Assembly: GCA_963669175.1 (NCBI GenBank)
Contig: OY769902.1
Location: forward strand, 4,256,001-4,320,000
Source of the DNA: a bacterium
GTDB lineage: Bacteria > Electryoneota > Electryoneia > Electryoneales > Electryoneaceae
Length of the DNA stretch: 64,000 nt
Direction of reading: 5' to 3'
Positions 49,986 through 60,408 of the stretch are shown here, piece after piece; position 1 is the stretch's first letter, and every line of letters starts with the position of its first letter. The notes under the pieces were generated by a model. That model made no database searches. It saw nothing but the letters and a program-made list of their open reading frames with translations, and was not told the DNA's origin. A program made the translations under genes and the position numbers.

Positions 49986-52472
49986 ATGGATAACTGTATG
50001 CGTGTTGCGCTAGCCATTTTGTGCGGACTGATCTGTTTTACTGGCTCAGTTTTCGCGCTTCCTCCTCACCCGGATCTGCTTGAGCAGGTGCGTATGGGTG
50101 AAATAGCTCGTCCCGTTGCGTTTGATGCCACCGACCTTCTGGCGCAAAGCATCCCCCATGTTTCCTATGAACTGGATGAAGAAGTCAATACGATTGTGTT
50201 GCTGGTTTGCTTCAGCGACAGTGTTTGCTCGTTTAATGCACAGGAATTTGATACCCTTTTCTTCAGCAACGATTCCGGCAGCGTCAACCATTATTTCAAC
50301 GATTTGACCGGTGGAGGATTGACCTTTGCCACATCCAGTCTCCCCTCTTTCCTGGGCTGGCGTGGTCTACCGGAATCCAAAGCATGGTACATGAATGACC
50401 AGCAGGGATTGGGCGAATATCCACAGAATTCACAACGTCTGGTAATGGATGCGATTACGCAGGCCGACCCTTTTGTCGATTTCTCTGTGTATGATAATGA
50501 TGGTGATGGCGAAGTTGAGCAGGTGATTATCGTACATGCCGGACCATCCGCACAGCAGACCGGGCAGGCAAACGATCCCTGGAGTTTTACCGGAACAACA
50601 CAATTGCCTGTCGAGGTGGATGATATTGTAATCAACAACTTCATCCTGTTGCCGGAATATGTTTTGACCCATTCTGGCGCGCTTCCCCTGACGGTCGGCC
50701 CACCTGCGATGGAACTGGCCAAATCCTGGTTGGGTATGGTTGACCTCACCGATCCGCTTAATGAGCAGGCCAGTATCGGACAGTGGAGTTTGATGGCGTA
50801 CGGCTGCTGGAACGGTCCTCAGGAAGCAGGAGAATGCCCGGCATGGCCGGACCCATACAACCGTATGCTGGCAGGGCTGACTACGCCCTTCGCTCTCCAG
50901 CGTGACAGCATCAACGCCCTGATTCCCGCTGCATCTTTGAATGATATGGTGTTTCAGTTGTGGCGCGAGGGTGAAGTCGGAACCGAGTATTTCCTTCTGG
51001 AGAACCGCAGGCAAAGCGGGTATAATACGTATCTCCCGGGAGCAGGCCTGTTGTTGTACCATATAGACGAGACGGTTACCACGGGGAATCAATATCCCTG
51101 GTATCCCGGCGGCCCGGACAACGGGCATTTCCTGGTCGCTCTTGAACAGGCGGACAGCCACTGGGATCTGGAAACAGGGACGAATTTCGGCGATGCAGGC
51201 GACCCCTGGCCCGGCTCCACAAACGCACAGGTTTTCGACCAGGGCTCGGTCCCGAACAGCAGATCATACAGCGATGCGTATTCCCGGGTTGAGATACGGA
51301 ATATCTCGACCGCTGATTCGCTCATGCAGGCGATTTTGCGTGTCGGTATCGCCCCGGCGGTCGAAGCCCCGGATAACCTTGCAGCAGCGATCGACCAGAC
51401 GACGGGCGTTGTGACCCTGAACTGGGAATTCGACATCGTTGCCCAGACCGATGAACTTGCCTATGACAACAGCCAGTACACCGGGTTTTATTATTGGAAC
51501 GATGGCACGATGGCGGTTCGTTTTACCCCGCAGTCCATCTGCCAGGTTCTCGCGCTGAAATTCTTCACACGAAATGTTTCCACCTTCGAAGCCCAGGTTT
51601 TCTCTTTCCACGGCAACCAGCCCGACACAACCGCGCAGCATGCAACCCAGGCGACTTCAGAGCATTACAACTGGGTTACGGTTGATGTGGAGAACGGTGG
51701 TCTCTATTACAACACCAGTTTTGTTGCCGGTTTTCATGGCATGGATGAAATCGCCAGCCTTGGCGCGGATGCTTCCATTGAAACGGGAAGAAGCTGGGAT
51801 TATAACGGCGAGGAATGGAGCCAGTGGCCGGAAGCTTACCTGGTCCGTGCCGTGGTGCGCTATCTTGCAACAGGTGAAACAGTTATATTAACTCCTGATG
51901 GTACGTTGCCTGCTGTACAGGCCGCCGACGTAAAATCACCTAGCCTGGCTGACTTTGGCGCCATTCAGAACACAGACGAGCTTGATGAGTTCCTTGAGTT
52001 CAATGTCTACCGAAACTTTGAACTGATCGGGACAACAACAAATATTCTCTACTCGGATACACTGGACGAATTCGGGATGTACCGTTACTACGTAACTGCG
52101 CAACATGACATCGGAGAATCTTCTGCGTCCAACCAGCAATGGGTGCGTTATGAGGACCAGTCACTAGAACAGTGCGACAAAGACCTGCTTCCCGAAAAGT
52201 TCTCCATCGCTTCCGTGTATCCAAATCCATTTAATAACGAGGCTACGGTTACCATCCACCTTCCGGAGTCCGGTTATATGAAACTTGAGGTCTTTAACAT
52301 CCTGGGGGAAACTGCGGGTATCCTGGTCAGTTCTCCTTTTGCCGCAGGCGCCTGGGATTTTGAGATCAATGGCGCGTCTTTGTCATCCGGTATATACCTC
52401 CTTCGCGCAACATTAACCCCCCCCGGATCAAACACGAGAACAGCGTTTCATAAGATGGTCCTGTTGAAATAA
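49986..52472 (+). CDS. M6 (immune inhibitor A)-like protein with T9SS-type tail; zinc motif degenerate
   Basis: DFSVYDNDGDG, IVHAG, WSLMAYG.W, EYFLLENR, GLLLYHIDE, LEQAD, YPNPFN; HExxH position reads MELAK. Confidence 0.85.
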   Translation: MDNCMRVALAILCGLICFTGSVFALPPHPDLLEQVRMGEIARPVAFDATDLLAQSIPHVSYELDEEVNTIVLLVCFSDSVCSFNAQEFDTLFFSNDSGSVNHYFNDLTGGGLTFATSSLPSFLGWRGLPESKAWYMNDQQGLGEYPQNSQRLVMDAITQADPFVDFSVYDNDGDGEVEQVIIVHAGPSAQQTGQANDPWSFTGTTQLPVEVDDIVINNFILLPEYVLTHSGALPLTVGPPAMELAKSWLGMVDLTDPLNEQASIGQWSLMAYGCWNGPQEAGECPAWPDPYNRMLAGLTTPFALQRDSINALIPAASLNDMVFQLWREGEVGTEYFLLENRRQSGYNTYLPGAGLLLYHIDETVTTGNQYPWYPGGPDNGHFLVALEQADSHWDLETGTNFGDAGDPWPGSTNAQVFDQGSVPNSRSYSDAYSRVEIRNISTADSLMQAILRVGIAPAVEAPDNLAAAIDQTTGVVTLNWEFDIVAQTDELAYDNSQYTGFYYWNDGTMAVRFTPQSICQVLALKFFTRNVSTFEAQVFSFHGNQPDTTAQHATQATSEHYNWVTVDVENGGLYYNTSFVAGFHGMDEIASLGADASIETGRSWDYNGEEWSQWPEAYLVRAVVRYLATGETVILTPDGTLPAVQAADVKSPSLADFGAIQNTDELDEFLEFNVYRNFELIGTTTNILYSDTLDEFGMYRYYVTAQHDIGESSASNQQWVRYEDQSLEQCDKDLLPEKFSIASVYPNPFNNEATVTIHLPESGYMKLEVFNILGETAGILVSSPFAAGAWDFEINGASLSSGIYLLRATLTPPGSNTRTAFHKMVLLK

Positions 52473-52510
52473 CCCAGGTGCTGAGTGTTACTTAAAAAGT
52501 GTCCCATTAT

Positions 52511-52583
52511 GTCATCCCCGGCTCATTCCCATGTCATCCCCGTCCCCATTCAATGTCATCCCCGGCTTGAACGGGGATCTCGA
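52511..52583 (+). repeat. GTCATCCCCG REP-like units (x3, 22-bp period); inverted partner at 53056-53104
   Basis: GTCATCCCCGGCTTGAACGGGGATCTCGA vs TCGAGATCCCCGG...GGGGATGAC; related unit at ~10764. Confidence 0.75.
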
Positions 52584-52761
52584 GGATACTGTAAAGAATG
52601 CTGAATTCGAACTGCGTTGTTTCACGCAAAGGAAGAAAACAAGAAAAGCATGGAAGAATGCCCTTGAGTACTGTTTGCCACTTCATGCTCTATCCCGATG
52701 CCTCAGGGGACTGGACGAGATAAAGGACACAGTGAGAGTTTTTCTGCTGAAATGCGAGATG

Positions 52762-53136
52762 TATAGCAGTTCTCGATTTTATTCCGTTATAATGGAGATT
52801 GCCGGGAAAAGGGGACGGGATCCTTTTCCTCCCGCTTATACAGACTATTCCTGAAGTATTCCTGGAATAGGAAACTGTCCCCTTTTCCGTGTAATTCCTG
52901 CCTGCTCTCAAGAAAAAGGGTACAGCCACCTTTCCCGGTCCATGCTCACACAGGGAAGGCTTTGCCACAGGAAAAAGAAACTGTCCCCTTCTTCTATGTC
53001 CTTTATTCCAACTATAGTGGGTTGCACAAATAACATTGCATAGGACAGCAATATTTCGAGATCCCCGGTTGATCCCCGACTACAACATTCGGGGAGGGGA
53101 TGACATGATGCGTCATTTTTCTCGAGTACTGCTATA
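52762..53136 (+). mobile_element. MITE family 2 copy B (uninterrupted; empty IS1111 target)
   Basis: TIRs TATAGCAGTTCTCGA / TCGAGTACTGCTATA (14/15). Confidence 0.8.
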
Positions 53137-53402
53137 GTTTTGCTTTACAGCAACCGAAAAAAAGAAACAATCGTCAAATCTGTCCCTCTTTACGCTCCTT
53201 TGTTGAATCGTCAACGCTATATTATCTGATTACCTTTGCCTCAGTGAGAGTTCCATGTTTACTTTCAGCCCGTCTCCTGTGACGGAAGTCCTTTGGGAGC
53301 GGCCGGAAACCATTGTATCATGGTAGAGTACAACGGGAAAAACAGGGACAATTCCCTTGTGGATCGGTTCACCAGTGCAACCTATAGAATAGAAGAGAAC
53401 CC

Positions 53403-54257
53403 ATGCACCCCATTTTGATAGATTTGGGCCGTTTCAAACTCCACAGCTATGGTTTGATGATGTTCATCGCTTTTGTTGTGGGGATTTACATTGCACACAG
53501 GCGTGGCAAAAAGTGGGGATTCCCCGAGGGGGCCGTCCTCGATATTTGTACGGCTATTATCATCTCCGGGCTGGTGGGATCGCGGCTACTGTACATTTTC
53601 ACACACCTCAGCGAGTTCAAAGGCAGGTGGTTGGACACATTCAATCCGTTCCAATCCGATGGCCAGATCGGTATCGCCGGACTGGTATTCCTGGGTGGTG
53701 TAATTTTATCGCTGGCAACGATGTATGTCATGGCGCGAATCCGTAAGATTCCAATGATGCAGGTCTATGATGTTTTCGCGCCAACCCTTCCTTTAGGTGT
53801 CGGTTTCGGCAGAATCGGCTGTTTTCTGAACGGCTGTTGTTTCGGTCAACCGACGGACGCCTGGTGGGGCATCATATTCCCGGCGGGTGAATGTCCTGCA
53901 GGGAGTGTGTTTCCTCATACGGCTATTCATCCGACGCAACTGATTGCTTCTGCTTCGGGGTTTATCATTTTCGCTATTGTCCTGCTCGCTGAAAAGAAGT
54001 TCCGCACCCATAACGGTTTTTCCACCGGGCTGGTGCTGTTCCTGCTCGGGTTTTACAGGTTTTTTAACGAGATGATCCGTTACCATGATGAATCTCTATA
54101 TATTCATCATTACCACGATGGCTTTTTCACAATCAGCCAGGGCATTTCTTTAGGACTGATGATTATCGGCGCCGGTGTATTTTTCATAACAAGGAAACTT
54201 CAGGATAGCAACGGAGCCGTTATCCGGAACCAACGGAGTACGCATGACGAGAGTTAA
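53403..54257 (+). CDS. lgt: Prolipoprotein diacylglyceryl transferase
   Basis: MHP.L, SYGLM, G.RL.Y, GLVFLGG, GRIGCFLNGCCFG, HPTQL, R...E..R. Confidence 0.95.
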   Translation: MHPILIDLGRFKLHSYGLMMFIAFVVGIYIAHRRGKKWGFPEGAVLDICTAIIISGLVGSRLLYIFTHLSEFKGRWLDTFNPFQSDGQIGIAGLVFLGGVILSLATMYVMARIRKIPMMQVYDVFAPTLPLGVGFGRIGCFLNGCCFGQPTDAWWGIIFPAGECPAGSVFPHTAIHPTQLIASASGFIIFAIVLLAEKKFRTHNGFSTGLVLFLLGFYRFFNEMIRYHDESLYIHHYHDGFFTISQGISLGLMIIGAGVFFITRKLQDSNGAVIRNQRSTHDES

Positions 54258-56034
54258 CCTGACAAAGAGCGGTCTTATTGCATTCCTGATTCTGCTGCTG
54301 GCATTGCCGGTTGTGTACGCAGAAGAAGAAGCGACGGGCACGGAGACCGAGGCCGAATTACAGGCACAAAGCGAACGTGACCTTCTTCAGGATATCCGTG
54401 AATACATCTTCCTGTATGGTACGATTTATCGTGAACTGAACGAGAATTACGTAGACCAGATTGACCCCAAGGAGTTCATGCAGGCCGGGATTGATGGCAT
54501 GCTGGAAACGCTCGATCCCTACACCGAATACTTCGAACCGGAAGAAACGGACGATATCGACCTGATTACCCAGGGGAAGTACGGCGGTATTGGTATTCAG
54601 ATCGGACTGCGTGGCCCGGACCGTGAACTTACGATTATTGCTCCCATAGAAGGCACCCCCGGTTGGCGTCTGGGGCTTCGTCCCGGCGACAGGATCATTA
54701 AAATCGAAGATGAATCGACCGCCGGTTTTAACACCAAGGACGCGGCTGACCGTATGCGCGGTACTCCCGGCGACACTGTCAGCATCACCATCAAACGCCC
54801 GGGCATCGACGAGCCCATCGAGTACAACATCAAGCGTGAGATTATCCCGGTCATTGACATCAGCTATTCCGGGTTCATTGAACCGGGTGTCGGCTATATC
54901 CGGTTTACACGCTTCAGCCGTAACGGTGGCAACCAGCTCCGTGCGGCCATCGATTCCCTGATGAACCTGGACATGGAAGCATTGATTTTTGACTTGCGTG
55001 GCAATCCGGGCGGCCTGCTGCATGAAGCAGTGGATGTTTCCGAGAACTTCCTGCCCAAGGGTTCGCTGGTAGTGTCCACGAAGGGACGTTTCCCGCAGTC
55101 CAACCGTGAGTTCTATACACGCACAAAGCCTTCGCTTCCGGAAGGCATTCCCTTGGTGGTGCTGGTGAATGAGGGTTCCGCCTCGGCCAGTGAAATCGTT
55201 TCCGGCGCGGTTCAGGACCATGACCGTGGAGTTATCGTAGGACGCACCAGTTTCGGCAAGGGACTTGTTCAGTCCATTCTTGATTTTGACCGTTACGGCA
55301 CCAAGCTGAAACTGACAACCGCCAAATACTATACACCTTCCGGCCGCCTGATTCAGAAGATTGACTATTTCTCCGACAACAAGGCATTGATCCAGACCGG
55401 CGATACGGATGAACTGGAATCCAGCAAGTTCTTTACCGGGAATGGCCGTCCGGTAAATGCACATGGCGGTATCCAGCCGGACTTTGATGTTGAAATGCCG
55501 GAAGTCGGGTACGCTGTGATCGAGTTATGGCGTCAGGGGAAATTCTTCGAATTCGTTGATAAGTATGTCAGCGAACACCCCGAACAGCAATCCTTTGAAA
55601 TTACGGATGACATGTGGGTTTCCTTCAAGGACTTCCTGCAGGAAACCGAGTTTACTTTCAAGACCGAAACGGAACGTCAGCTTGAACGTATCCGAGAAGA
55701 TGCGGAAGTGTTCCACTACGGCGACGCCTTCCTGAAAGAGCTGGAAGATCTGGAAGAGATGAGCCAGCAGACTCGCGCGAGCATGCTGGATGCCGACGAA
55801 AGGGAAATCCGTATCCGATTGGAATCGGAATTGGCCTCACGAATTTTTGGCTCAAAAGAACGTGTTGAAGCCGCTCTGCAATATGATCCCCAGATACAGA
55901 AAGCGCTGGAGATCATTCATAACCAACAGTTGTACGGCGATGTCCTGAGTGGCAAGTTTGTCCCTGAGAAACCTGCCAAGGAAGAAGATGAACACGCCGA
56001 TGCACAGGTTGAGATGGACGAAGAAGAGTATTAA
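54244..56034 (+). CDS. ctpA: S41 C-terminal processing peptidase with PDZ
   Basis: LDPYT, GGIGI PDZ, DLRGNPGGLL, SASASEI, FGKGLVQ, YYTPSGR. Confidence 0.93.
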   Translation: MTRVNLTKSGLIAFLILLLALPVVYAEEEATGTETEAELQAQSERDLLQDIREYIFLYGTIYRELNENYVDQIDPKEFMQAGIDGMLETLDPYTEYFEPEETDDIDLITQGKYGGIGIQIGLRGPDRELTIIAPIEGTPGWRLGLRPGDRIIKIEDESTAGFNTKDAADRMRGTPGDTVSITIKRPGIDEPIEYNIKREIIPVIDISYSGFIEPGVGYIRFTRFSRNGGNQLRAAIDSLMNLDMEALIFDLRGNPGGLLHEAVDVSENFLPKGSLVVSTKGRFPQSNREFYTRTKPSLPEGIPLVVLVNEGSASASEIVSGAVQDHDRGVIVGRTSFGKGLVQSILDFDRYGTKLKLTTAKYYTPSGRLIQKIDYFSDNKALIQTGDTDELESSKFFTGNGRPVNAHGGIQPDFDVEMPEVGYAVIELWRQGKFFEFVDKYVSEHPEQQSFEITDDMWVSFKDFLQETEFTFKTETERQLERIREDAEVFHYGDAFLKELEDLEEMSQQTRASMLDADEREIRIRLESELASRIFGSKERVEAALQYDPQIQKALEIIHNQQLYGDVLSGKFVPEKPAKEEDEHADAQVEMDEEEY

Positions 56035-56057
56035 TATCCTCGAGATAGCCACTCCCA

Positions 56058-56088
56058 ACGCCTTCCAGATGCGGAAGGCGTTTTTTTG
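56058..56088 (+). terminator. Rho-independent terminator
   Basis: AACGCCTTCC-agatgc-GGAAGGCGTT followed by a T-run. Confidence 0.85.
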
Positions 56089-56219
56089 TATCGTGCATCA
56101 ATGGACGGGTACTTTCCATTGCGTGATTTCCTTACCTTTGTTGCTGATAGCGACAAGCATTTCTCGACCAGGCACAACAGATACCGATACTGATCAAACC
56201 TTGCAAAAGGCAGGCTTTC

Positions 56220-56987
56220 ATGAGCGACGAACCTGTTTCTGTCCAATTGCCATCGGATGAGGAAATCATCCCGGGTGCGCTATACGTGGTCGCCACGCCT
56301 ATCGGTCACCTTGGAGATATCACATTGCGCGCCCTGCACATCCTCGACTCTGTCGACCTGATCGCTTCTGAGGACACCCGCAGAACCAGGATTTTGCTGG
56401 ACCGCTATGGCATTTCAACACCAACCGTTGCCTACCATGAGCATAATGCGCGCAAGGTTCTGCCTGATCTTCTGAACAAATTGAAGGCTGGACAGGCGCT
56501 GGCGCAGGTGAGTGATGCCGGGACACCCGGCGTTTCCGATCCGGGGTATCGTCTGATTCATGAGGCGGTTGAAGCAGGTATAACAGTCGTTCCCATCGCC
56601 GGTGTAAGCGCTTTGCTGGCGGCGCTGATTCCTTCCGGTCTGCCGTTGGACAAGTTTGTTTTTGAGGGTTTTCTTCCCCGAAAGAAAGGGCGTCACACAC
56701 GCCTTGTGGAATTGTCGGAAGAGACAAGGACATTCGTCATTTTCGAATCACCACTGAGAACTGCACGAACGCTCCGGGATCTTGCTGACAGGTTGGGCAC
56801 GGAGAGGAAAGCTGTGCTCTGCCGGGAACTGACCAAGCGGTTTGAGGAGTTTGTATACGGAACCCTGGGCGAACTTTCGCAGAAATACGAGGAACACCCG
56901 CCCAAAGGTGAGGTAACCCTGGTTATTGAGGGATTGGGTAAAAAGGCCAGAGGTAAAAGTAAAAACGAAACCAGAAAAGATGACTGA
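56220..56987 (+). CDS. rsmI: 16S rRNA C1402 2'-O-methyltransferase
   Basis: LYVVATPIG.L.DIT.RA, EDTR, SDAGTP.VSDPG, FESP.R, RELTK.FEE. Confidence 0.96.
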   Translation: MSDEPVSVQLPSDEEIIPGALYVVATPIGHLGDITLRALHILDSVDLIASEDTRRTRILLDRYGISTPTVAYHEHNARKVLPDLLNKLKAGQALAQVSDAGTPGVSDPGYRLIHEAVEAGITVVPIAGVSALLAALIPSGLPLDKFVFEGFLPRKKGRHTRLVELSEETRTFVIFESPLRTARTLRDLADRLGTERKAVLCRELTKRFEEFVYGTLGELSQKYEEHPPKGEVTLVIEGLGKKARGKSKNETRKDD

Positions 56988-57879
56988 TAAAAAGCAGAAA
57001 GTTCGGGTTCTATTTAATCCAAAATCCGGGTTTCACTGGACCCTGGATGACATGATTCACTCTGTCGAAAAGTACTGGAATGTGGATGATACAGACCTGA
57101 CTTACCAGGTATCCAAATCGAAAGAGGATGGTGAAGCGAAAGTTAAACGCGCTATTGAACAAGGTGTTGATGTTATCATGGTGGTTGGTGGCGACGGCAT
57201 GGTCAACAGTATTGGCGGGGCATTGATTGGTAGCCAGACTGCGCTCGGCGTGATCCCGGCCGGTAGTGGAAATGGTTTTGCGCGGCATTTTAACATTCCC
57301 GGAGATCCTGACAAGGCCGCTGCCAGTCTGCGCAAAGCAGAACGGAAAACAATTGATGTCGGCTATGCCAATGGTCACCCGTTCTTCGTAACCTGCGGAT
57401 TTGCCTGGGACGCAGATGTTGCAAGACAATTCTCGAAAACACCAATGCGTGGTGTGTTTCCCTATGTGCTGGCCGGAATTTACGGCTACTTCACCTATGA
57501 GCCACAGAAATTTGAGCTGGAATTGGACGGCAAACCTTTGACGGTTGATAAGCCGATGATTCTAACCATCGCCAACTTGACACAATTCGGTGCAGGCGCT
57601 CAAATCGCGCCCGACGCTCGACCTGATGATGACCTTTTGGAGCTGGTGATAGTCGAATCAACCGATCCTGTACAACTGCTGGCTAATATCTCGCGCTTGT
57701 TTGACGGTACGTTAAACCGTGTGAAAGCCATCGAATACAAACGATTCAAACGAATGACCGTGCGCCGGGAGCGACCAGATCCAATTCAGGTCGATGGGGA
57801 GTTGCTTGAAGCCCCGAAAGAGTTTATCGTAGAGGTGCGGCCTGCTGCATTGCAGGTTTTGGTTCCCACGGCTTCATGA
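56980..57879 (+). CDS. Diacylglycerol/lipid kinase (YegS/DAGK family)
   Basis: NPKSG, GGDGMV, P.GSGN.FAR, Q.DGE. Confidence 0.92.
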   Translation: MTDKKQKVRVLFNPKSGFHWTLDDMIHSVEKYWNVDDTDLTYQVSKSKEDGEAKVKRAIEQGVDVIMVVGGDGMVNSIGGALIGSQTALGVIPAGSGNGFARHFNIPGDPDKAAASLRKAERKTIDVGYANGHPFFVTCGFAWDADVARQFSKTPMRGVFPYVLAGIYGYFTYEPQKFELELDGKPLTVDKPMILTIANLTQFGAGAQIAPDARPDDDLLELVIVESTDPVQLLANISRLFDGTLNRVKAIEYKRFKRMTVRRERPDPIQVDGELLEAPKEFIVEVRPAALQVLVPTAS

Positions 57880-57904
57880 TACTGGATCAGAAGGAGACCC
57901 GGGC

Positions 57905-58663
57905 ATGATCGTTCCAACCCTGAAATCTTCATTTTTACCGTTGAGTATACTCTTTATTGCTGCGCTGTTCCTGTCCTTCTCCGCGTTCGCATCCCCCCCC
58001 TTATCCGATGACAAAATCGAGAGTATTTACAACTATACGGTGAAGATACAGGATGCCATGTCGGTGATGCAGTACAATGTGCTCAGCACGTTCAACCGTA
58101 TGGGCGATGGCGACGAGATCAAGGACAGTCAGGTCAACACCATGCTTGCTGTTCCGCGTGATGGCGAAGAACACCTGCTGATTCTTCTGGATGAGGATGG
58201 CCAGGCAACAGATACACTGAATAACAAAGAAGACCAGGAATCTGTGAAAGCAGGTCCGTTGGAAGCATTTGAACCAGAAAACCGGAACAAGTATTCCTTT
58301 ACCAATGAAGGATTCACAGAGGATGGTTTCCTTATTGTTGGCTTGGCGCCCAATGATGAGGTGGTTGACGGTTTCCTCGGCAAGGTATTCGTTGATACTG
58401 TCGAATGGGCTCCTCACCGTGTTTCCGGCGCACCTTACCCTCTTCCGGACAAGGTGCAGGAAATGGATATGTCGATCATATTTGCTCCTGTTCCAGCAGC
58501 GAATGGCATTTACCTGCCTGAATCTACGCTGACTACAGGCATGGCCAAAGCCATGATCTTTTTCAAGATTAATTTTAAGGTGATACAGGAATTCTCGAAC
58601 TACTCTGCTATATCGGATTTGCCTTCTTCAATAGCGCCAGAATCATCAAATACAGAGGAGTAA
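57905..58663 (+). CDS. Secreted hypothetical protein (LolA/MucB-like beta pattern)
   Basis: Signal peptide; Y.F..G, G.V.VD, .LP motifs; SD AAGGAG. Confidence 0.55.
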   Translation: MIVPTLKSSFLPLSILFIAALFLSFSAFASPPLSDDKIESIYNYTVKIQDAMSVMQYNVLSTFNRMGDGDEIKDSQVNTMLAVPRDGEEHLLILLDEDGQATDTLNNKEDQESVKAGPLEAFEPENRNKYSFTNEGFTEDGFLIVGLAPNDEVVDGFLGKVFVDTVEWAPHRVSGAPYPLPDKVQEMDMSIIFAPVPAANGIYLPESTLTTGMAKAMIFFKINFKVIQEFSNYSAISDLPSSIAPESSNTEE

Positions 58664-58670
58664 TAGACAG

Positions 58671-60272
58671 ATGAAATGGAAAAACCTGATATTTCTGTTG
58701 GTTCTGGCCTTACCTGTCCTTTCAAGTGTGGGGTGTGAAAAGAAAACCATAACAGAAGAGGGCCTCTCACCCCAGGTTCACCATTTGTGGCTTGAACATC
58801 CAACTCCCTGGACAAAGGAAGCGGCACAGAAGGCAGCGGATGCTGCGTTTGGATTGCTTACTGAGTACAGCGAGGATATTCAGCTTCGCTATTATTGGGA
58901 AGACCGTCTGCTGACTGCCAATCCAGCACATTTGCGTCGTATTTTAAAACAAAACGCTCTAACTTACCCGGACAATCTTATATCACAATTGCTGTACGCC
59001 CGAATCAATCCAAATACAGATGAAGCCATAAAAACAGTCAGCAGGCTTGCGAAGAAACATTCAAAAGAACCATTTACAATATCGACACTTGCGCTGTTTT
59101 ACCTGATATCGGCCCCCCCAGAGTATGATCAGGCTGAGATACTGGCGAAACGTGCCCTGATACTTGCGCCCAATCTACCTCAGAGTAATCATGTCATGGC
59201 CAAGGTACTGCTGGCCCGGCAAAAAGCCGCGGAAGCTGAAGAATATGCCCGGAAGGCCTATGAGACCTACCCTGCCTCCTTCGAGATTGTTGCGACTCTT
59301 GCAGCCTGTTATGAAGCTCAATCCAAATTGAAAGAATCCATCACATTACTTCAGCATTATAATGCAGGTCATCCCAATAACCCGGCTTTGGTCAATGCAC
59401 TCGCTGCACGGTATGAAGCCATGAAGCAATATGACAGAATGTTCGAATTATTGCGCAGCAGGGCTGAAAGTGTGCCTGAAGATGGATGGGCCTGGTATGA
59501 TCTTGCTCGAACCTACGCACACTTCCAAAATCCGGATAGTTCGATTGCAGCCCTTAACCATGCTGTTGATAACGGGTTTTATGACTATCACCTGCTCAGT
59601 ATCGAACTGAAGGATGAGCAGAATCCGTTCTTCCTGTTCTGGCGTTATTTGAAAACGGCTCAGAACCTGCAAAAAGGATTGCCATTACGGGAAGCCCTGG
59701 ACAATCTTGAACCACCGGTTGATCATACAATCGCCTCACGTATTTCCGCTGATTTTTCCAAGGCACAAAAAAGGATGCTGGATGCTCAACGCAGCAGCAA
59801 AGAAGAGCGTATGACTGCTGCCCTGGTGGACACACTTGCGACTCCGGCGCCAGACTTCAGCCTGGTCAATCTTGAAGGGGATACGGTTTCCCTGGCTGAC
59901 TATAAGGGCGAAGCGGTTGTGCTTCATTTTCACTCGTTAAACTCGCAACAGACGCCATACATACTCCCGCGCCTTCGTGGTTTTTACATTACACAGGCGA
60001 CTCCGGGACGTGACAGCCAACTCCTGACCATCAATATTGATGGCGGTGATGTAGCCAGTGATCTGCGATCAAGCTTTGACGGGAAAGGCGTACTGTGGCC
60101 GGTATTGCTTGCTGATCAATCAATCCTGGAAGAGTTTGATGTGATAGAAACTCCGAGCTTTATTATCATTGATCCAGACGGTCAGATTCGTTATCAGATC
60201 GAAGGCTATATCCCATTCCTGGATGAGACTCTGGGCTGGATGAGTAAATCTCTGCTTCCTGAAAACAAGTAG
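58671..60272 (+). CDS. TPR lipoprotein with C-terminal TlpA/AhpC-like thioredoxin fold lacking CxxC
   Basis: Lipobox VGC, TPRs, APDFSL.NLEG..VSL.DYKG..VVL.F, P...IID.DG. Confidence 0.75.
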   Translation: MKWKNLIFLLVLALPVLSSVGCEKKTITEEGLSPQVHHLWLEHPTPWTKEAAQKAADAAFGLLTEYSEDIQLRYYWEDRLLTANPAHLRRILKQNALTYPDNLISQLLYARINPNTDEAIKTVSRLAKKHSKEPFTISTLALFYLISAPPEYDQAEILAKRALILAPNLPQSNHVMAKVLLARQKAAEAEEYARKAYETYPASFEIVATLAACYEAQSKLKESITLLQHYNAGHPNNPALVNALAARYEAMKQYDRMFELLRSRAESVPEDGWAWYDLARTYAHFQNPDSSIAALNHAVDNGFYDYHLLSIELKDEQNPFFLFWRYLKTAQNLQKGLPLREALDNLEPPVDHTIASRISADFSKAQKRMLDAQRSSKEERMTAALVDTLATPAPDFSLVNLEGDTVSLADYKGEAVVLHFHSLNSQQTPYILPRLRGFYITQATPGRDSQLLTINIDGGDVASDLRSSFDGKGVLWPVLLADQSILEEFDVIETPSFIIIDPDGQIRYQIEGYIPFLDETLGWMSKSLLPENK

Positions 60273-60408
60273 AGCAGGGAACGCAGGCAGACTATCTCCA
60301 TATTTCCCTTCCAATTTTTGTATATTGGCGCATGAGATTTATTCAGCTTAGTTTCGGATAGCGATATTGTATCGTGATAGCGGCAAAGGTTTTAAAAGGA
60401 GTAGCAGG

